Source of the DNA: the human T2T-CHM13v2.0 reference genome, Homo sapiens
Assembly: GCF_009914755.1 (NCBI RefSeq)
Contig: NC_060934.1
Reading direction: 5' to 3' (one strand)
Length of the DNA: 64,000 bases
Shown: positions 14,331 to 30,100 of the stretch, in pieces
How the letters are laid out: each line of letters starts with the position of its first letter
Numbering within the stretch: position 1 is the first letter of the stretch
Translations under genes and position numbers: made by a program
The notes under the pieces: model-generated
Told to the model about the DNA's origin: nothing
What the model saw: only the letters and a program-made list of their open reading frames with translations
The model's database searches: none

Positions 14331-15184
14331 ATAATGTGGCATCAAGATTGGTGTCAAAACTCCTTGAGAATATGCATATCTATTTGAAAATGTCATACTC
14401 ACCCATCAGTACATCATTCACAATGGGCACCCACTAACTGTTCGTTGGATTCGTGAATGGTCTCGCACAGTAATATATTTCATTAATTTTCTGCATGGTA
14501 CAGTTAACAAGTGAGATAAATATGGTCCTAATGGCATAGTATTAAGGAACACTGCTACACTTATTGCATTTAATGTTCTCTGTTGTGGTGATTGTTGGCA
14601 CTTACCTCAAGAGCAGGCCCTTGTCATTGCCAGCCCTCTGCTTCTTGTATTGTACGTACATCTGTCGTACCTTCTGCTGTACCCCTAGCATCATGTCGCT
14701 GCTAAACATTTTGGCAGAAACCTTAGAAACATCTGTTGCCTTAGTCCAGGAACAAACTAGCAGCTCTCTATTAAATGAGGATGGCACTTGGCAGTTCAGG
14801 CTTTAGCCTTCTTCGGAAGTCCCTTTGGTCTAAAGCAATGGAACTAAATCCTTAGAGCTCTACCATCCCACATGTGTAGCAAAGGGCAAAACCCATATGA
14901 AAGGCATATGGTGGAACAAATCACAATAATGCATCATGCCCTTCTCCCAAACAGTAGTGAGACATCCATCTTACTGGGATGCCACATGGACACAATATCA
15001 ACACAGCACCAAGAGGCTTTTGTTCAAACACCATTTCTAGTCCTAACTTTTCCAGATAATGGCTAAGTGATGTTAGCCCTGTGTCTTAACCTCTGTGGGA
15101 AGAATAAAAACCTAACCCATCTGGGTTGCCTCTTGTGGGTATATACGTGTGATTAAGATTTGGTCTCTGATTACTAAGGAAACT

Positions 15185-15818
15185 GTAATTTCCCAAGGAA
15201 AAACTCATATATAAAAACCCAAGTCATGTAAATCAAAATCACAAACTATCAATAGTTATTGCTAGACATATCCTTCTTGGTTTTCTTCTAAGAAAGAAAA
15301 AAGCAGCCAGTGACATCCAGCAACTGATCTGATGCTCATAGCTGGAACTCAGGTTATCACAAACTGATTTGACACTGGCAACTACGCCATGTTGTTCTCC
15401 CGTTGAGCATCAATAATGTCATAAACCACCTACTTCAGATCGTGTCACTGTGCATACTACAAAATAGACCAGATCTCTCTCTCTCACTAAAACCAGGTAT
15501 CTTCCTGTCTCAGTAAATGCTCCTTTACTAGGTTCAATTTTAGGCTTCCTATAGCCTGCCCTATCTATACGTTTTATTGAGATATCTAATCATAACATTT
15601 CCCCTGCTTTCTGACAACACACAATGTAGGACAAACTTCTGCTTCCTTAGAACCTTCCTCAAAATTATTCAACAAAAGCCCCAATTCTATAATAGGTTCT
15701 TCTGACACTGTTGTACTGAGCTACCTCACAGGTGGTTCCCTGTGGTATGCATTCTCCCTCTGCAATGAATAATACACCAAACTTGTTCACTTACATTTTT
15801 ACCTGATGGGCATTGACA
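15185..15818 (+). mobile_element. ERV1-class solo LTR (MER34/MER39-like)
   Basis: TG...CA termini (tgtaattt...cattgaca); 3' part tgcaatgaataatacaccaaacttgttc resembles the MER34/39 R-U5 region. Confidence 0.5.
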
Positions 15819-16003
15819 CTTCCAAAAACTAGTTCTATCAATGACTGAAGTCAGATGATTGCATAAAAATCCTAACATTTTACAACAGTCTTAATTAACC
15901 TCGTTCTTTAAAAATAAATTTTATTACTGTTATCCATATATATGGTTTAAAAAATCAGCCCAAAAAAGGCTTATAATGAAGAACAGAAACTTCTTGCATG
16001 CTC

Positions 16004-16743
16004 CGTATTAGGCCTTTCTTGCGTTGCTATAAATAAATACCTGAGCCCGGGCCTGGTGGCTCACGCCTGTAATCCCAGCACTTTGAGAGGCCGAGGCAAA
16101 TAGATCACCTGAGGTCAGGAGTTCGAAACCAGCCTGGCCAACATGGTGAAACACCATCTCTACTAAAAATACAAAAATTAGCCAGGCGTGATGGTGGGTT
16201 CCTGTAATCCCAGCTACTCGGGTGGCTGAGGCAGGAGAATCACTTCCACCCGGGAGGTGGAGGTTGCGGTGAGCTGAGATCATGCCATGTGCCACTGCAC
16301 TCTATCCTGGGCAACAGATCGAGACTCCATCTCAAAAAAAAAAAAAAAAATTACTGGAGGCTCTGAGACTGGGTAATTTATAGAGAAAAGAAGTTTAAGT
16401 GGCCAAGGTTCTGCAGGCTGTACAGAAAACATGGTGGCATATGCTTCTGGGGAGGCCTCAGGAAGCTTACAATCATAGCAGAAGGTGAAGTGGAGGCAGG
16501 CACTTCACGTGGTGAAAGCAGGCGCGAGAGAGTGAAGGGAGGGAGGTGTCATGTACTTTTAACGGGCCAGACCTCAGAAAAAATCACTCGCTATTGTGAG
16601 GACAGCACCAAGAGAATGGTGCTACAGCATTCATGAGAAATCCACCTCCATGATCCAATCACCTCCTTTCGGGCCCCACCTCCAATACTGGAGATTAGAA
16701 TTCAACATGAGATTGGATGGGGACAGAGATCCAAACACTATCA
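16004..16743 (-). mobile_element. MaLR solo LTR (MSTA-like), split by an Alu
   Basis: gtattagg...gctataaataaatacctgag | actgggtaatttat...ggggaggcctcaggaagcttacaatcat...gggacagagatccaaacactatca. Confidence 0.85.
16045..16350 (+). mobile_element. AluSx-like element inserted in the MST LTR
   Basis: gatcacctgaggtcaggagttcg; full dimer with poly(A). Confidence 0.93.
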
Positions 16744-17677
16744 TGCTCTTTTCATCCGCATTCCTCAGAGAAGATATGATCTGGGGGTCAATCTACTTTT
16801 GATCAGAACCTGATCAAGCTACTATCCTTAATTCTTAATTTCCAAGTACTTCTTTTTCTCTGATTATCTTTTCTTCATTGTGTTTTCTTAGACTTTTGTC
16901 AGCACACTGTCCTTTGGATATTCTCTTTTGTGGACCCAAATTTGACGTAATTATTATTTTTATTGATGATGTTATTTCAAATCATTTCTTGACCCTGAAA
17001 TACTATGTGTGTGGGGGTGTGGAGTGGGAGGATGGAGAGGGTCTTTTTCTTTCCCTTTCACCTTATAGAAGTGACCTTGATTACCTATTTACGTTGAGGA
17101 GAATGAGGATTTAGGAAAGTTGACCCATGTTTGTGGGTGTGGGACTTGATAGCGTGGGAGGGAGATAACTCACATGATTTTGATCCCTAAAGGCCAGAAT
17201 GCTGAAGGTTTTGTTCTAATTTGCTGATGTGTAGTTGTGTCTTCATTGGAAGCAGTCATATATGAAGCTTTTATGTATGAAAGATCTTATGTATGAAATT
17301 TGTTCTTAGATTGACAGTATTACTTCACCATGTAAAACAAGCATGGCTTTAGCCCTAATTGTTCTATAATCCTTTTGTTTGCTTACAAAAAAACGGGGAA
17401 ACTCCAAACGGGCTGAATGAAAGACTTGAGTTAATTTGCTCTTTAGTTACCCATCCAGTTTGCATATCCTTGCCCTCCCTGAACTCTTGGGCAAAACTAC
17501 TCAGAAATAGCCTATTATTGTGCTCATCTGTAGTTCTACCACAAAGATGCTCTCCTTTGAGTTGACATATGACCTGCAATGTTCTAAGTGCTTTATGTAT
17601 TTTACCTTGTTTAATTTTCATATCAACCCTGAGTCAACTTAGACATTCTCCATATTGCTTTTAAAATATTGGCACTT

Positions 17678-17997
<320 letters not shown>

Positions 17998-18047
17998 TTA
18001 TTTAAAAAATTATAAAGTATAAATTATATAAATTTATTTAAAAATTT

Positions 18048-19164
<1,117 letters not shown>

Positions 19165-19165
<1 letters not shown>

Positions 19166-20752
19166 GTAGATTTAATGCTATTCCCATTAAACTACCATTG
19201 ACATTCTTTACACAATTAGAAAAACATACTTTAAATTTCATTTGGAACCCAAAAGAGCCCATATAGCCAAGACAATCCTAAGCAAAAAGAACAAAACTGG
19301 AGGCATCAGGCTACCTGACTTCAAACTATACTACAAGGCTACAGTAACCAAAACAGCATGGTACTGGTACCAAAGCAGATAGACCAATAGAACAGAAAAG
19401 AGACCTCAGAAATAACACTACACGTCTACAACCATCTGATCTTCAACAAACCTGACAAAACCAAACAATGGGGAAGGATTCCCTAGTTAATAAATGGTGC
19501 TGGGAAAATTGACTAACCATGTGCAGAAAATTGAAATTGGACCCTTTCCTTACACCTTGCATAAAAATTAACTCAAGATTGATTAAAGACTTAAATGTAA
19601 AACCAAAAACCATATGCACCCTAGAAGAAAACCTAGGCAATACCGTTCAAGATGTAGGCATGGACAAAGATTTCATGATGAAAACGCCAAAAACGATTGC
19701 AACAAAAGTCAAAATTGATAAATGGGATCTAATTAAACTAAAGCGCTTCTACACGGCAAAATAAATTATCATCAGGGTGAACAGGCAATCCAGAGAATGG
19801 GAGAAAATTTTTGCAATCTATCCATCCAACAAAGGTCTAGTATCTAGAATCTACAAGGAACTGTAATTTACAAGAACAACAACAACAACAACATCAAAAA
19901 GTGGGCAAAGGATATGAATAGACACTTCTCAAAAGAAGACATATTTGTTGCCAAGAAACATATGAAAAAAGCTCAACATCACTGATCATTAGAGAAATGC
20001 AAATCAAAACCATAATGAGACACCATCTCACACCAGCCAGAATGGAGATTATTAAAAAGTCAAGAAACAATAGATGCTGGCGAGGCTGTGGAGAAATAGG
20101 AACACTTTTACACTGTTGGTAGGAATGTAAATTGGTTCAACCATTGTGGAAGACTGTGTGGTGATTCCTCAAGGATCTAGAACCAGCAATACCATTTGAC
20201 CAAGCAATCTCATTACTGGGTATATACCCAAAGGAATATACATCATTCTACTGTAAAGACAAATGCACACATATGTTTATTGCAGCACTATTCACAATAG
20301 CAAAGACATGGAACTAACCCAAATGCCCACCAAGGATAGACTGGATAAAGAAAATGTGGTACATATACACCATAGAATGCTATGCAGCCATAAAAAGGAA
20401 TGAGTTCATGTCCTTTGCAGGGACATAGATGAAGCTGGAAGCCATTATCCTCAGCAACCTAACACAGGAACAGAAAACCAAACACCACATGTTCTCACTC
20501 ATAAGTGGGAGTTGAACAATGAGAACACATGGACTCAGGGAGGGAAATATCACACACCGAAGCCTGTTCGGGGGTGGGGGGCAAGGGAAGGGAGAGCATT
20601 AGGACAAATGCTTAACACATGCAGGGCTTAAAACCTAGATGACAGGTTGATAGGTGCAGCAAACCACCATGGCACATGTATACCTAAGTAACAAACCTCC
20701 ATGTTTGGGGCATGTATCCCAGAACTTAAAGTAAAATAAAAAGTTAAGAAAA
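19165..20752 (+). mobile_element. 5'-truncated L1PA (PA8-PA10-like), ORF2 3' end and 3' UTR
   Basis: ORF fragment [31 protein letters not shown]...; 3' UTR gcagggcttaaaacctagatgacaggttgataggtgcagcaaaccacc. Confidence 0.92.
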
Positions 20753-21737
20753 ATTAAAATGCAAAAAGGCAATTAACATTTTTTCTTTGCTTTAAGAAAT
20801 GAGAGGTTTTTGTGATACTTAAAAAAAAAACCGGTTAGACTTAGGAATATAAATATCAATTCGCTATCTAATTTAATTGAACCCAGAGTTGCACGTATAG
20901 CAAACTGTTCTCACACATGAATTTGAACTTTAAGTGATTCCATATGCACGGAATTCAAAAGCTATTCTAATGTTTTAAGAATACGTTCATTATTTTTATC
21001 AGTATTTTTGTGTGGGACATTAAAATTAAGTGAATTTCCATTTGCCCTCTTTGTCATAAGTTAATCCATCTACTTTGCATCTGTGGCTTTGCTTTGAAAA
21101 ACTAATGTTGTGTAGCTTTTAACTCCTAATTTACAAAGTAAAGGAAAAAAATAAAATGTATGGCAGCAACGTGACCTCTAGGCTGAACAGATTTCAAGAT
21201 GAAATGCCTAGTATCTATTTACACTTAGACCAGGGTAAGTGGAATTGCAAATCAAATGCATCTAGTTTTCCAAAGTCTGATAAAGAGCCTTTTGTAGAAT
21301 CTTACTTTTAATTGCCATAGGAATACATTATACATTTGGAGTAATTAAAATTAAATACTTGGTAATTAGAAGTTAGATTTTATTGCTTATGTAGTAAGAA
21401 ACATACACAGATGCTTAAGAGAGTAAAAATTTAATATTCATGTCTCAAGCTTAGCATTAATAACCATCGATTTGGCAACAAAGACGTTAATTCGATGAAA
21501 GTTTATGCCAGTACAATGAAAACAAATATATTTTAATGATAGTAATTTTTAGTTACTTGTAATGATGGCCTGCAAGAAGACATCTTACTTCAGAGTTTTA
21601 ATGTGACTCCTACTCTTGCCTCTTGGCTATCTGGAATACGGTCTCTGTAAATTTTTCAGGTGATCTAATGATGATGATGATATTGACATATTATGTTTGT
21701 AAGCACTTTGTCTTTTGACATGCTTTTATATGCGTCA

Positions 21738-22118
<381 letters not shown>

Positions 22119-22749
22119 CTATCTGCCTGCAAAAGCCTTGAAGTCTAATTTGTGGACAAAACTTTTTCACTTATAGTTAAATTATAAGGTAGAGTCAAGT
22201 GAGACAGTTAGACACATCCCCAAGGAAAGAGCTTCATTAAAGTCTTTGGAATTTAAACTTGGATATGACACAAACTAGAGATCTACAAGTCAGATTGGAA
22301 CCATGCATATATTTTAGTTTCCTAGCAAGGCAGTTGGAAAGCATTGAATTTGATGCCTTTTGGTAGCCACGTTGCCACAATATTCTCCAATCTCTTTTCT
22401 CATTTGTGATGACTTCCCTAGCCCTGAAAGAAGGGTCACATTTTTCCCTCACTCCATAGGGCCCTGGTCCTATCAAATTTTATGTGAATAGGGCTTCCAG
22501 GAGCCTCAAGGTGTAGGACTTTCCAAAGACAGTGGAGTTTCCTACTGCTGGTGTGGAGGATAGAGAGACCTAGTCTCATTGGGTGCAAACAGGGAAGGTT
22601 TTAGGGAAGAGATGACTTCTGAGGTGGACCTTCAAGCATGAACTTTATACTAATAGTTTTGCATGGATAGGCTGACATACAGGAAACGACTGGAAAACTG
22701 GGGACCTGATTTGTTTAAAACTGAAGTAAATCAGGGCTTTAGTTACACT

Positions 22750-23160
22750 ACTTACTTGCCAATCCAGTTGTTCAAGTCAGAAGCCTATGAATCATCTTAA
22801 TAAACCTCTTCTCTCCTCCATTCTCTAACAGAGAAGTTAGAGAATGGCTTCCCTTTCTAAATATTTTCCCAGCCTCTATTCTCCATCCTTCCAGACCTCA
22901 TCATAGTCCAGATCCTAATCATTACATGGCAAGCAATCTGTCTCTCTGACTGTGAGAATCCCTGCCTAAGTGCCTCCATATGTCTCTGTAGCCTACACAA
23001 TAAAGAGAAACTTCCCTAGCATGACATAAACAGTCTAGTATAGCTCGGCTCCTCCATCTCTCTTCATCATTATTTCTTGGTCTGCTCATTTACTATCAAA
23101 CTATTTATAGTTCCCTGAATACATCATTTTATTTTATATCCTGTATCTTTAACATATTTC
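22750..23160 (+). mobile_element. L2 fragment
   Basis: Pyrimidine-rich L2 motifs (atccagttgttcaagtcagaagcc...). Confidence 0.55.
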
Positions 23161-23256
23161 AGAAAAATAAATTCCATCTACTTTTTTTTATTTTATTTTT
23201 TGTCATGCATCACCCACTCAATTTTCTGGTTGAACAATAAAATATAAAAAGCTAAA

Positions 23257-23552
23257 TAATCCTAGCACTTTGGGAGGCAAAGGCAGGTGGATCACGAGGT
23301 CAGGAATTCAAGACCAGCCTGGCCAAGATGGTGAAACCCCGTCTCTACTAAAAATACAAAATAATCAACCGGGCATGGTGGCAGGCACCTGTAATCCCAG
23401 CTACTAGGGAGGCTGAGGCACACATTTGCTTGAACCCGGGAGGCAGAGGTTGCAGTGAGCCGAGATCTGAGATAGCGCCACTGCACTCCAGCCTATGCAA
23501 CAGAGCGAGACTCCATCTAAACAAAAACAAAAAAAGAAAAAAGAAAAAGAAA
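23257..23552 (+). mobile_element. 5'-truncated AluS (Sg-like)
   Basis: Starts at taatcctagcactttggg; TSD aaaagctaaata. Confidence 0.9.
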
Positions 23553-24008
23553 AGCTAAATAGTGATTAAACTGGACAAACTGACATTCTACTCAAGGAAA
23601 TAAAGCTGTGCAGGATGAAAATGAGTTTTATTAAAGTCCAAATATTTATTATATGCCATATTAAACAGTAAATAGTCAAAGCATTTATTTCTTTTTAGTA
23701 ACAATTAATGTTCCTGGTAGATTTTCCCATCCTCTGAAATATTTGTATGGCACGTTTTGGTTTGATTTCCTTCATTCATAATTTTAGTTTCCTTCATACT
23801 TCTTGATCTTCAAGTATCAAATAATGTTTTGAAGTACAATTAGAAGTATGCAGAATTATTTCATATCTGAGTTAATCTTTCCAACAAATAAATGAAACAT
23901 CTTATTTTTGTAGAGTTTATTCTACAAAAATATTCTGAGGAAGGCCTCAAAAATCTAATTATCTCATTGTAAAACTCCACATTAACAGTACTACAGATAA
24001 CTGTTTTA

Positions 24009-24272
<264 letters not shown>

Positions 24273-25239
24273 TTACTTGTGCACAAGCATTGCAACATCA
24301 AGTTGTTTGTCTCCTAGTGGCAGTTAATAGTATATGGTTCTTCATTCCTTTTTCATTCAAACAGCTTTCATTGAGTGCCTACAAATGTGTGATAAGAAGA
24401 GCTCAGCTTAGTGTTTAGAGACTTTCTCACGTTATGCAGGCTTCTTACAAGGTTTGGTGGACCTTGAAATCCATTTGCATTTTTTGGAGGGGTGGGGATG
24501 GACAGCTCTGGCAGAATTTTTATGCCATAAAAATGGCTGAAGTAAATATTATCTGTAATTTTTCTCAAGAAATGATTGCTTGATCAAACATACAATAAAT
24601 AGATTTTTTTACAAAGCTTAAAAGAATCTATTCCCAGCCCACCCCTCTGTCTTAGCTCGGGAAATAAACAAAAATTAAAATTACCTGTAAACCTCAGGTG
24701 TGGGTTTGAAGTATTAAAAAAAATGGAAAAATTGAGCTGAAACTTTCTTGCATAGAGAGATATCAGAGGTACGTCTTTCTAATCAAGGACAGACTCTCCA
24801 TCACTTATCCTGATTTACACTTTTAGTTCTTCTGGGTTTGGGTTTGATTGGGCTGGACAGCTAGTTAGCTGTTGCCTGCCTGAGGCTACTTGCCCTAATG
24901 CAGAGAAATTCCTGGTTCTCAGAGTCATAGGCAGAAAAACTTGAAATTATTTATTACTACACCTCATCTCTTTCAATTAAAAATATTAAGACAAATTATA
25001 ATAAGATATGTCTATTCAATAAGATTAGTAAAAGACACTGAAAAACTTAACAGTCAACATCTTACATGTTACAAATGTCATCATAAGGCTATTTCTTGTG
25101 TCTTCCCTACATAAAAGGTTAAACTTTATTATTAAAATGTAGGTTTTTTTGAAGACACTTTATTGGGGTAGCTAGAGTAACTCTGTGAGAGACAGAACTC
25201 TGTTTGTCTGATTTAATAAAAAGACAGAGCCTATGCAAT

Positions 25240-25670
25240 CTACAAGTGTTTCTCCAGGAATGATTTATGGACATCAGCACGTACATACCGTATGTATTTT
25301 ATATATTATATATATTATGTTATATATATATTATATATGTAATATAATATATATATATAAAATTTAAGGTTCTTGTTAAAAAGGCAGATGGTAAAATAGC
25401 TAAGTAAATTTCAAATGTCTCTTCACAAAAACTGATAAATAAGTGAAGTAATGGATATGTTAATTAGCTTCATTTAATTATGCCACATCATATACATATG
25501 TCAAAACATCAGAGTGTACCCCATAAATGTATATAATTATGATTTGTTAATCAAAAAATGCATATGGTCGAGTACTGGCTGAGATCTACTAAATCCAAAT
25601 CTCTGGGTTGGAGGCTTGGTGTCTGCATTTTAACTTGTCCAAATGAGCCTTACAATGAAATCTGAGACAT
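25240..25670. mobile_element. MER5-like hAT element carrying a (TA)n tract and an L1MA 3'-end insertion (~25394-25557, +)
   Basis: cttgttaaaaaggcagat...aatctctgggttggaggcttggtgtctgcattttaac; L1 3' UTR in between, flanked by aaaaggcagatggt / aaaatgcatatggt. Confidence 0.65.
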
Positions 25671-25999
25671 AGTTAGGTGGATGGTGAGAAGTACCCTCAG
25701 TGATGGCTGTCATATATGGATAATCCTTTCCTAAGATAAATCAGAGTGATGGGGGCCAAAGTGCAAATGTCTTCACTTATCTGAAAGGGAATCTGCATGT
25801 GGATGGCAAAACCAACATCCTATACTATACTCCCAATCCCATAAGCACTCCAGCCACACATGCCAATTGTAGCAGCTAGTCTTCACCAGGAATCTTCTTA
25901 TACCACAACTGTGCCCCTCTTGCAAAGCAGGGTACCTTTTCTCTCCTTTGCCTGATCCACTGCTCTTACAATTTGATGATAACCACCATCAGTTTTGCA

Positions 26000-26180
26000 C
26001 TGATCACTCCTAGGCACCTAAACCATTGTTCTATGTATTGTAGTGCAATCCCAGAGATAGGTGTTGTTTTCATGCTCATTTTACAGATAAGAAGACTGAG
26101 GCTCAGATAAGCTATGGAATCATGGACAAACATTGAGGAAATAGCAGGAAAAAAGATTCAAACTCAGGTCTTTCTGCAGC
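26000..26180 (-). mobile_element. MIR
   Basis: cattttacagataagaagactgaggctcaga...gattcaaactcaggtct. Confidence 0.7.
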
Positions 26181-27589
26181 CACTCTGCTGGGCTGCTGTC
26201 ATGCAAACATTTACTGCCTGACTTTCTGGACAAGAGTGTGGAGAGCTTTGATTTCTAAAACTGCAGCACAGCTAATAATGAAAAAAGAGATGGCCTAGTT
26301 CTTTATTTCCTTATCCCCTACAAGCTTTTATACATGATTTTAATATCAAAGGGAAGATATTAAATCTCACTCGTGAATTATGATGAACACTAATTCACAG
26401 ACTAAAAAAATTCTGCATAAATGTGTAGATGTGTATTGTATGCATTTTGTGAAAAAATATATTAAAAAGATAAATGGGAGAGGTGCCAGTACATTGTTAA
26501 AGCCTAAAATCAACAACATTGTATCTCTTCTCTTCCTAATTAATTTATTCCTGGATCTTGACATAATAAAACTATGTCTTTTATCTCCCTGCTCCCTCAT
26601 TTAGAATCTTATTTAAAGTTAACTTATAAGAAAGCAAAACTTAAGAACTCAACATCTTTAAAAGTCTTACAGATCTCAAAACTGAATTCAAAATTTTAAT
26701 GTTAATTGATTCTAATATCCGCCATTATCAGAAATCTGAATGCATTCTTGTTGCTTCCAAATTTAGAGGTCTAACAACTATTTGTACTTTTAAAAACTTC
26801 AATAAATAGGAGTCAAGGATTTAATGTGCCAGATGAGAAATTTTGCAAATCATTATAATTACTGGAATTCCTAAAATCTGTTTGCAGATGTGGGGAGTTT
26901 CGTCATTACTTCAGGCAACCTGTATTCTCACTGTGGTTGTAGCATCAATTAACTCTGCTTTCATTAGCTTTCTCATTTTTAAAATCAGGGATTGATTTTA
27001 AAATCAGATGATCTCTAACTGATGATCTCTTATAGCTCAAATACCTTTTACTTCTTTGAAAAATGTAGTACTTATTGTGATACCATGCAGTAGTCCTGAA
27101 AATGCTTCAAAAGGATTCCAAGTACTTTATGTTACTGTAAACTGCACCATGAATGTGGAAAGTTGAGCACAAATGGCCAAATAATAGTGGAGAAAATAAT
27201 AGTGAATGTCAACCTTTTGTAGCTCCTTTTCTATCGTAGATTTAATGGAATGTGAGTCTGCAGACTTCACAGAGAACTATTTTTGAACAGAAATATGTAT
27301 TTGAACCCCTTCCCCTTTCTTAGATATTTGAATGACATTATAGTTGTATCTAAACTACACCGTGGTCTAATTTAACACCTGGAATGGCATACCACTTTCC
27401 CTATAGTGTACAATATTTGGTATACCACCACCCTGAAATATTGGCTCATAAACTACTGAAAAAATATTGTTAATCGTAGAAAAGTAGAATATCACCCAAT
27501 AAACCAGTGTATATACAGCCCAGAGACTCCTTTGGAAAATAATAAAATGGATAAATAATTGGGATTTTAGCAGCAATTTGAATAACTTA

Positions 27590-29170
27590 TTTACTCACTT
27601 ACTCAACAAATATTTTCTCATCAGACATTCATTCCCTGTCCATGTTGAGTTTGTGGAGCACTTGTGTGAGGGAATATATTGAACAAATAAGTTTAAGTAT
27701 GATGACTTTTACAAAAGTAGAAGTAGAGGGTGCTGTGAGAACCTAAAAGGAGTTAATTCATCTAATTTGAATGGATGGCTGAATCAGTGGAGGATGTCTG
27801 GGAAAACTTTCCCAATTAAGGGATTTTTAGCAGAGATCTGAAAAAATAAGCAGATAATATGCCAAGCAAGATCTGGGAAAACCTTTTTAGGCAGAGAGAA
27901 TAACTTATTTGACGTTTTTAAAGCAGGAGAGAGTATTCTTTTTGATAAATTAAAAGAGAACTAGTAGAGTTATAGTGCAAATCCAAGAAGGAAAATGGGG
28001 CACGGAGTAGACTAGAATTCTGATGGGTATGAAAGTCAATGTAAGAATGATGGACTTATTCAGGGGCACTCAGAAGTTTTAAGAAGGGGTGGGGCAAAAA
28101 ACCCAGAATATAATCAGAGTTAGTTTTTCTAAATAGTATTTATTTTGAAATAGTTGAATACTCACAAGAATTTGCAAAGAGTAGTTTAGAGAAGGTTTGT
28201 GTACCTTTCACCCAGTTTTCCTCAATGATAAGACGGTGCATCAGCATAGTATGGTGTCAAAATCAGGAAATTGATGTTGATTAACCATGGTTAATAACAA
28301 TGTGATTAACCGTGCTGTAGATGTTATTTGAATTTTTCAGTTTTTACATGCAAAATTTGTTTTGTTTTGGTTTTGGTATTCAAAAGTTCGCTAGAATGTT
28401 TTTAAAGGAGTGAAAAGGATTAAATATGGATACTGGGGGAGCAGTTTGTAAAATAAAAAGCAAAGTTGAGTTGATAGATGAAGGTATCCTAACCTAGAAG
28501 TGGCATGGACTCAGGAAATATTTAGGAGGTAGCCATGGACACAGGAAGGGGAACATCACACTCTGGGGACTGTTGTGGGGGAAGGGGGGAGGGGGGAGGG
28601 ATAGCATTAGGAGATATACCTAATGCTAAATGACGAGTTAATGGGTGCAGCACACCAGCATGACACATGTATACATATGTAACTAACCTGCACATTGTGC
28701 ACATGTACCCTAAAACTTAAAGTATAATAATAATAAAATAAAAAAAATGATCAGTGAGTCTTGGTGAGTGGATATGGGGTGTGAGAGAGGGGATAAGTTC
28801 GAAGGTGACCTATGGATTTCTATTTTGAGCAATTGGGTAGGTGGTGATGTTCCCAGTTGAGGTTAAAAGTCCTGGAGGAGAAGCAGATTTGCTGGGAAAG
28901 GAAGATGCATTCAGTTGGGACTTCGGTGAGCTTCAGGTACCTATGTAGGCAAGAATGCTTTCTGCCTGGAGCTCTGGAAAAAGCTAGGGTGTGAGATATA
29001 GATTTAGTCATCCTCAGCTTATAGATAGTAATTTCAGCGAAATTATCTCAGGAGAATATGTTAAATGAAAAGATTTTAAAAAGTTTAGAATAGAGCCCTG
29101 GGATCTAAAAATATTAAGTGGTTTGGGAAGAAGAATGAGCTGGTAAAGAGACTGAGAGGAAATAATGAAG
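27590..29170 (-). mobile_element. L2 (fragmented), interrupted by an old L1 3' fragment (~28130-28340, -) and an L1PA3 tail
   Basis: L2 3' end tttactcacttactcaacaaatatt, followed by purine-rich L2 motifs. Confidence 0.6.
28534..28748 (+). mobile_element. Short 5'-truncated L1PA3-like 3' end
   Basis: ggagatatacctaatgctaaatgacgagttaatgggtgcagcacacc...aaacttaaagtataataataataaaa. Confidence 0.92.
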
Positions 29171-29520
29171 AACATAGAGTTTTTAGTGTGTGTGTGGGAG
29201 GGGGGCGGGGGGAGAGAGAGAGAAGAGGAAGGGAGATGAAAATACAGGAGATATATGGAAAAATAGCAAAATTATGTCATATAAGCAAAGTCCTAGTAAG
29301 CTCTATCTCTTTTCTTTGATTTCTTCTGAAGTTATAATTGGAAGGTTTCTTGTAGTTCTCTATGTGTGCCATTCTTTTGAAGTTTAGTATTTATAATGTC
29401 GCCAACTCAATTTCATGATAAAGTGTGATGTCTTCTGCAACATTATTTACATCTTTCAAAATGTTATTTTGGATTGAGAATACTTGAATATGCCACATTT
29501 TAGTAATTATTAATTAATTG

Positions 29521-29794
29521 TTTCTTTTTTTTTGAGACGGATTTCTCTGTTGCCCACGCTGGAGTGCAGTGGCGCCATCTTGCCTCCTGGGTTCATGCCA
29601 TTCTCCTGCCTCAGCCTACCCAGTAGCTGGGACTACAGGCGCCCGCCACCATGCCTGGCTAATTTTTTTGTGTTTTTGGTAGAGACGGGGTTTCACCGTG
29701 TTAACCAGAATGGTCTTGATCTCCTGACCTCCTGATCCGCCTGCCTCGGCCTCCCAAAGTGCTGGGATTACAGGCGTGAGTACCGCACCCGGCC
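29521..29794 (-). mobile_element. AluY-like element with a small deletion
   Basis: ccattctcctgcc, gggactacaggcgcccgcc, tttcaccgtgtta; TSD taattaatt(g/a)tttctt. Confidence 0.9.
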
Positions 29795-29979
29795 TAATTA
29801 ATTATTTCTTAAAGTGAATAGGAACTTAAAAACTATGGCCGTGGGGGCAGGGTGGGGGGCAGGGAGGAGTGGTAAATTGTGCAGAAACGTTTAGGTTTAA
29901 CAAGATCCAAAATCCTGTAATTAAGGTATATTTTAATTACATATATTTAAGCTATAAATATATGACAGTAAATATACCA

Positions 29980-30100
29980 ACAACTGGATCATACCCCAAG
30001 CTAACTGAAATCAAAGTTTCAGGATAAGTCCTGGGCATCTGTATTTTTAAAAATCTCCAATTGACTCTGATGCCTAGTGTGGATTGAGAATGATTGGAAC
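29980..30100. mobile_element. MER5A-like fragment
   Basis: cctgggcatctgtatttttaaaaatctcc...tctgatgc...ttgagaatgattgg. Confidence 0.55.
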
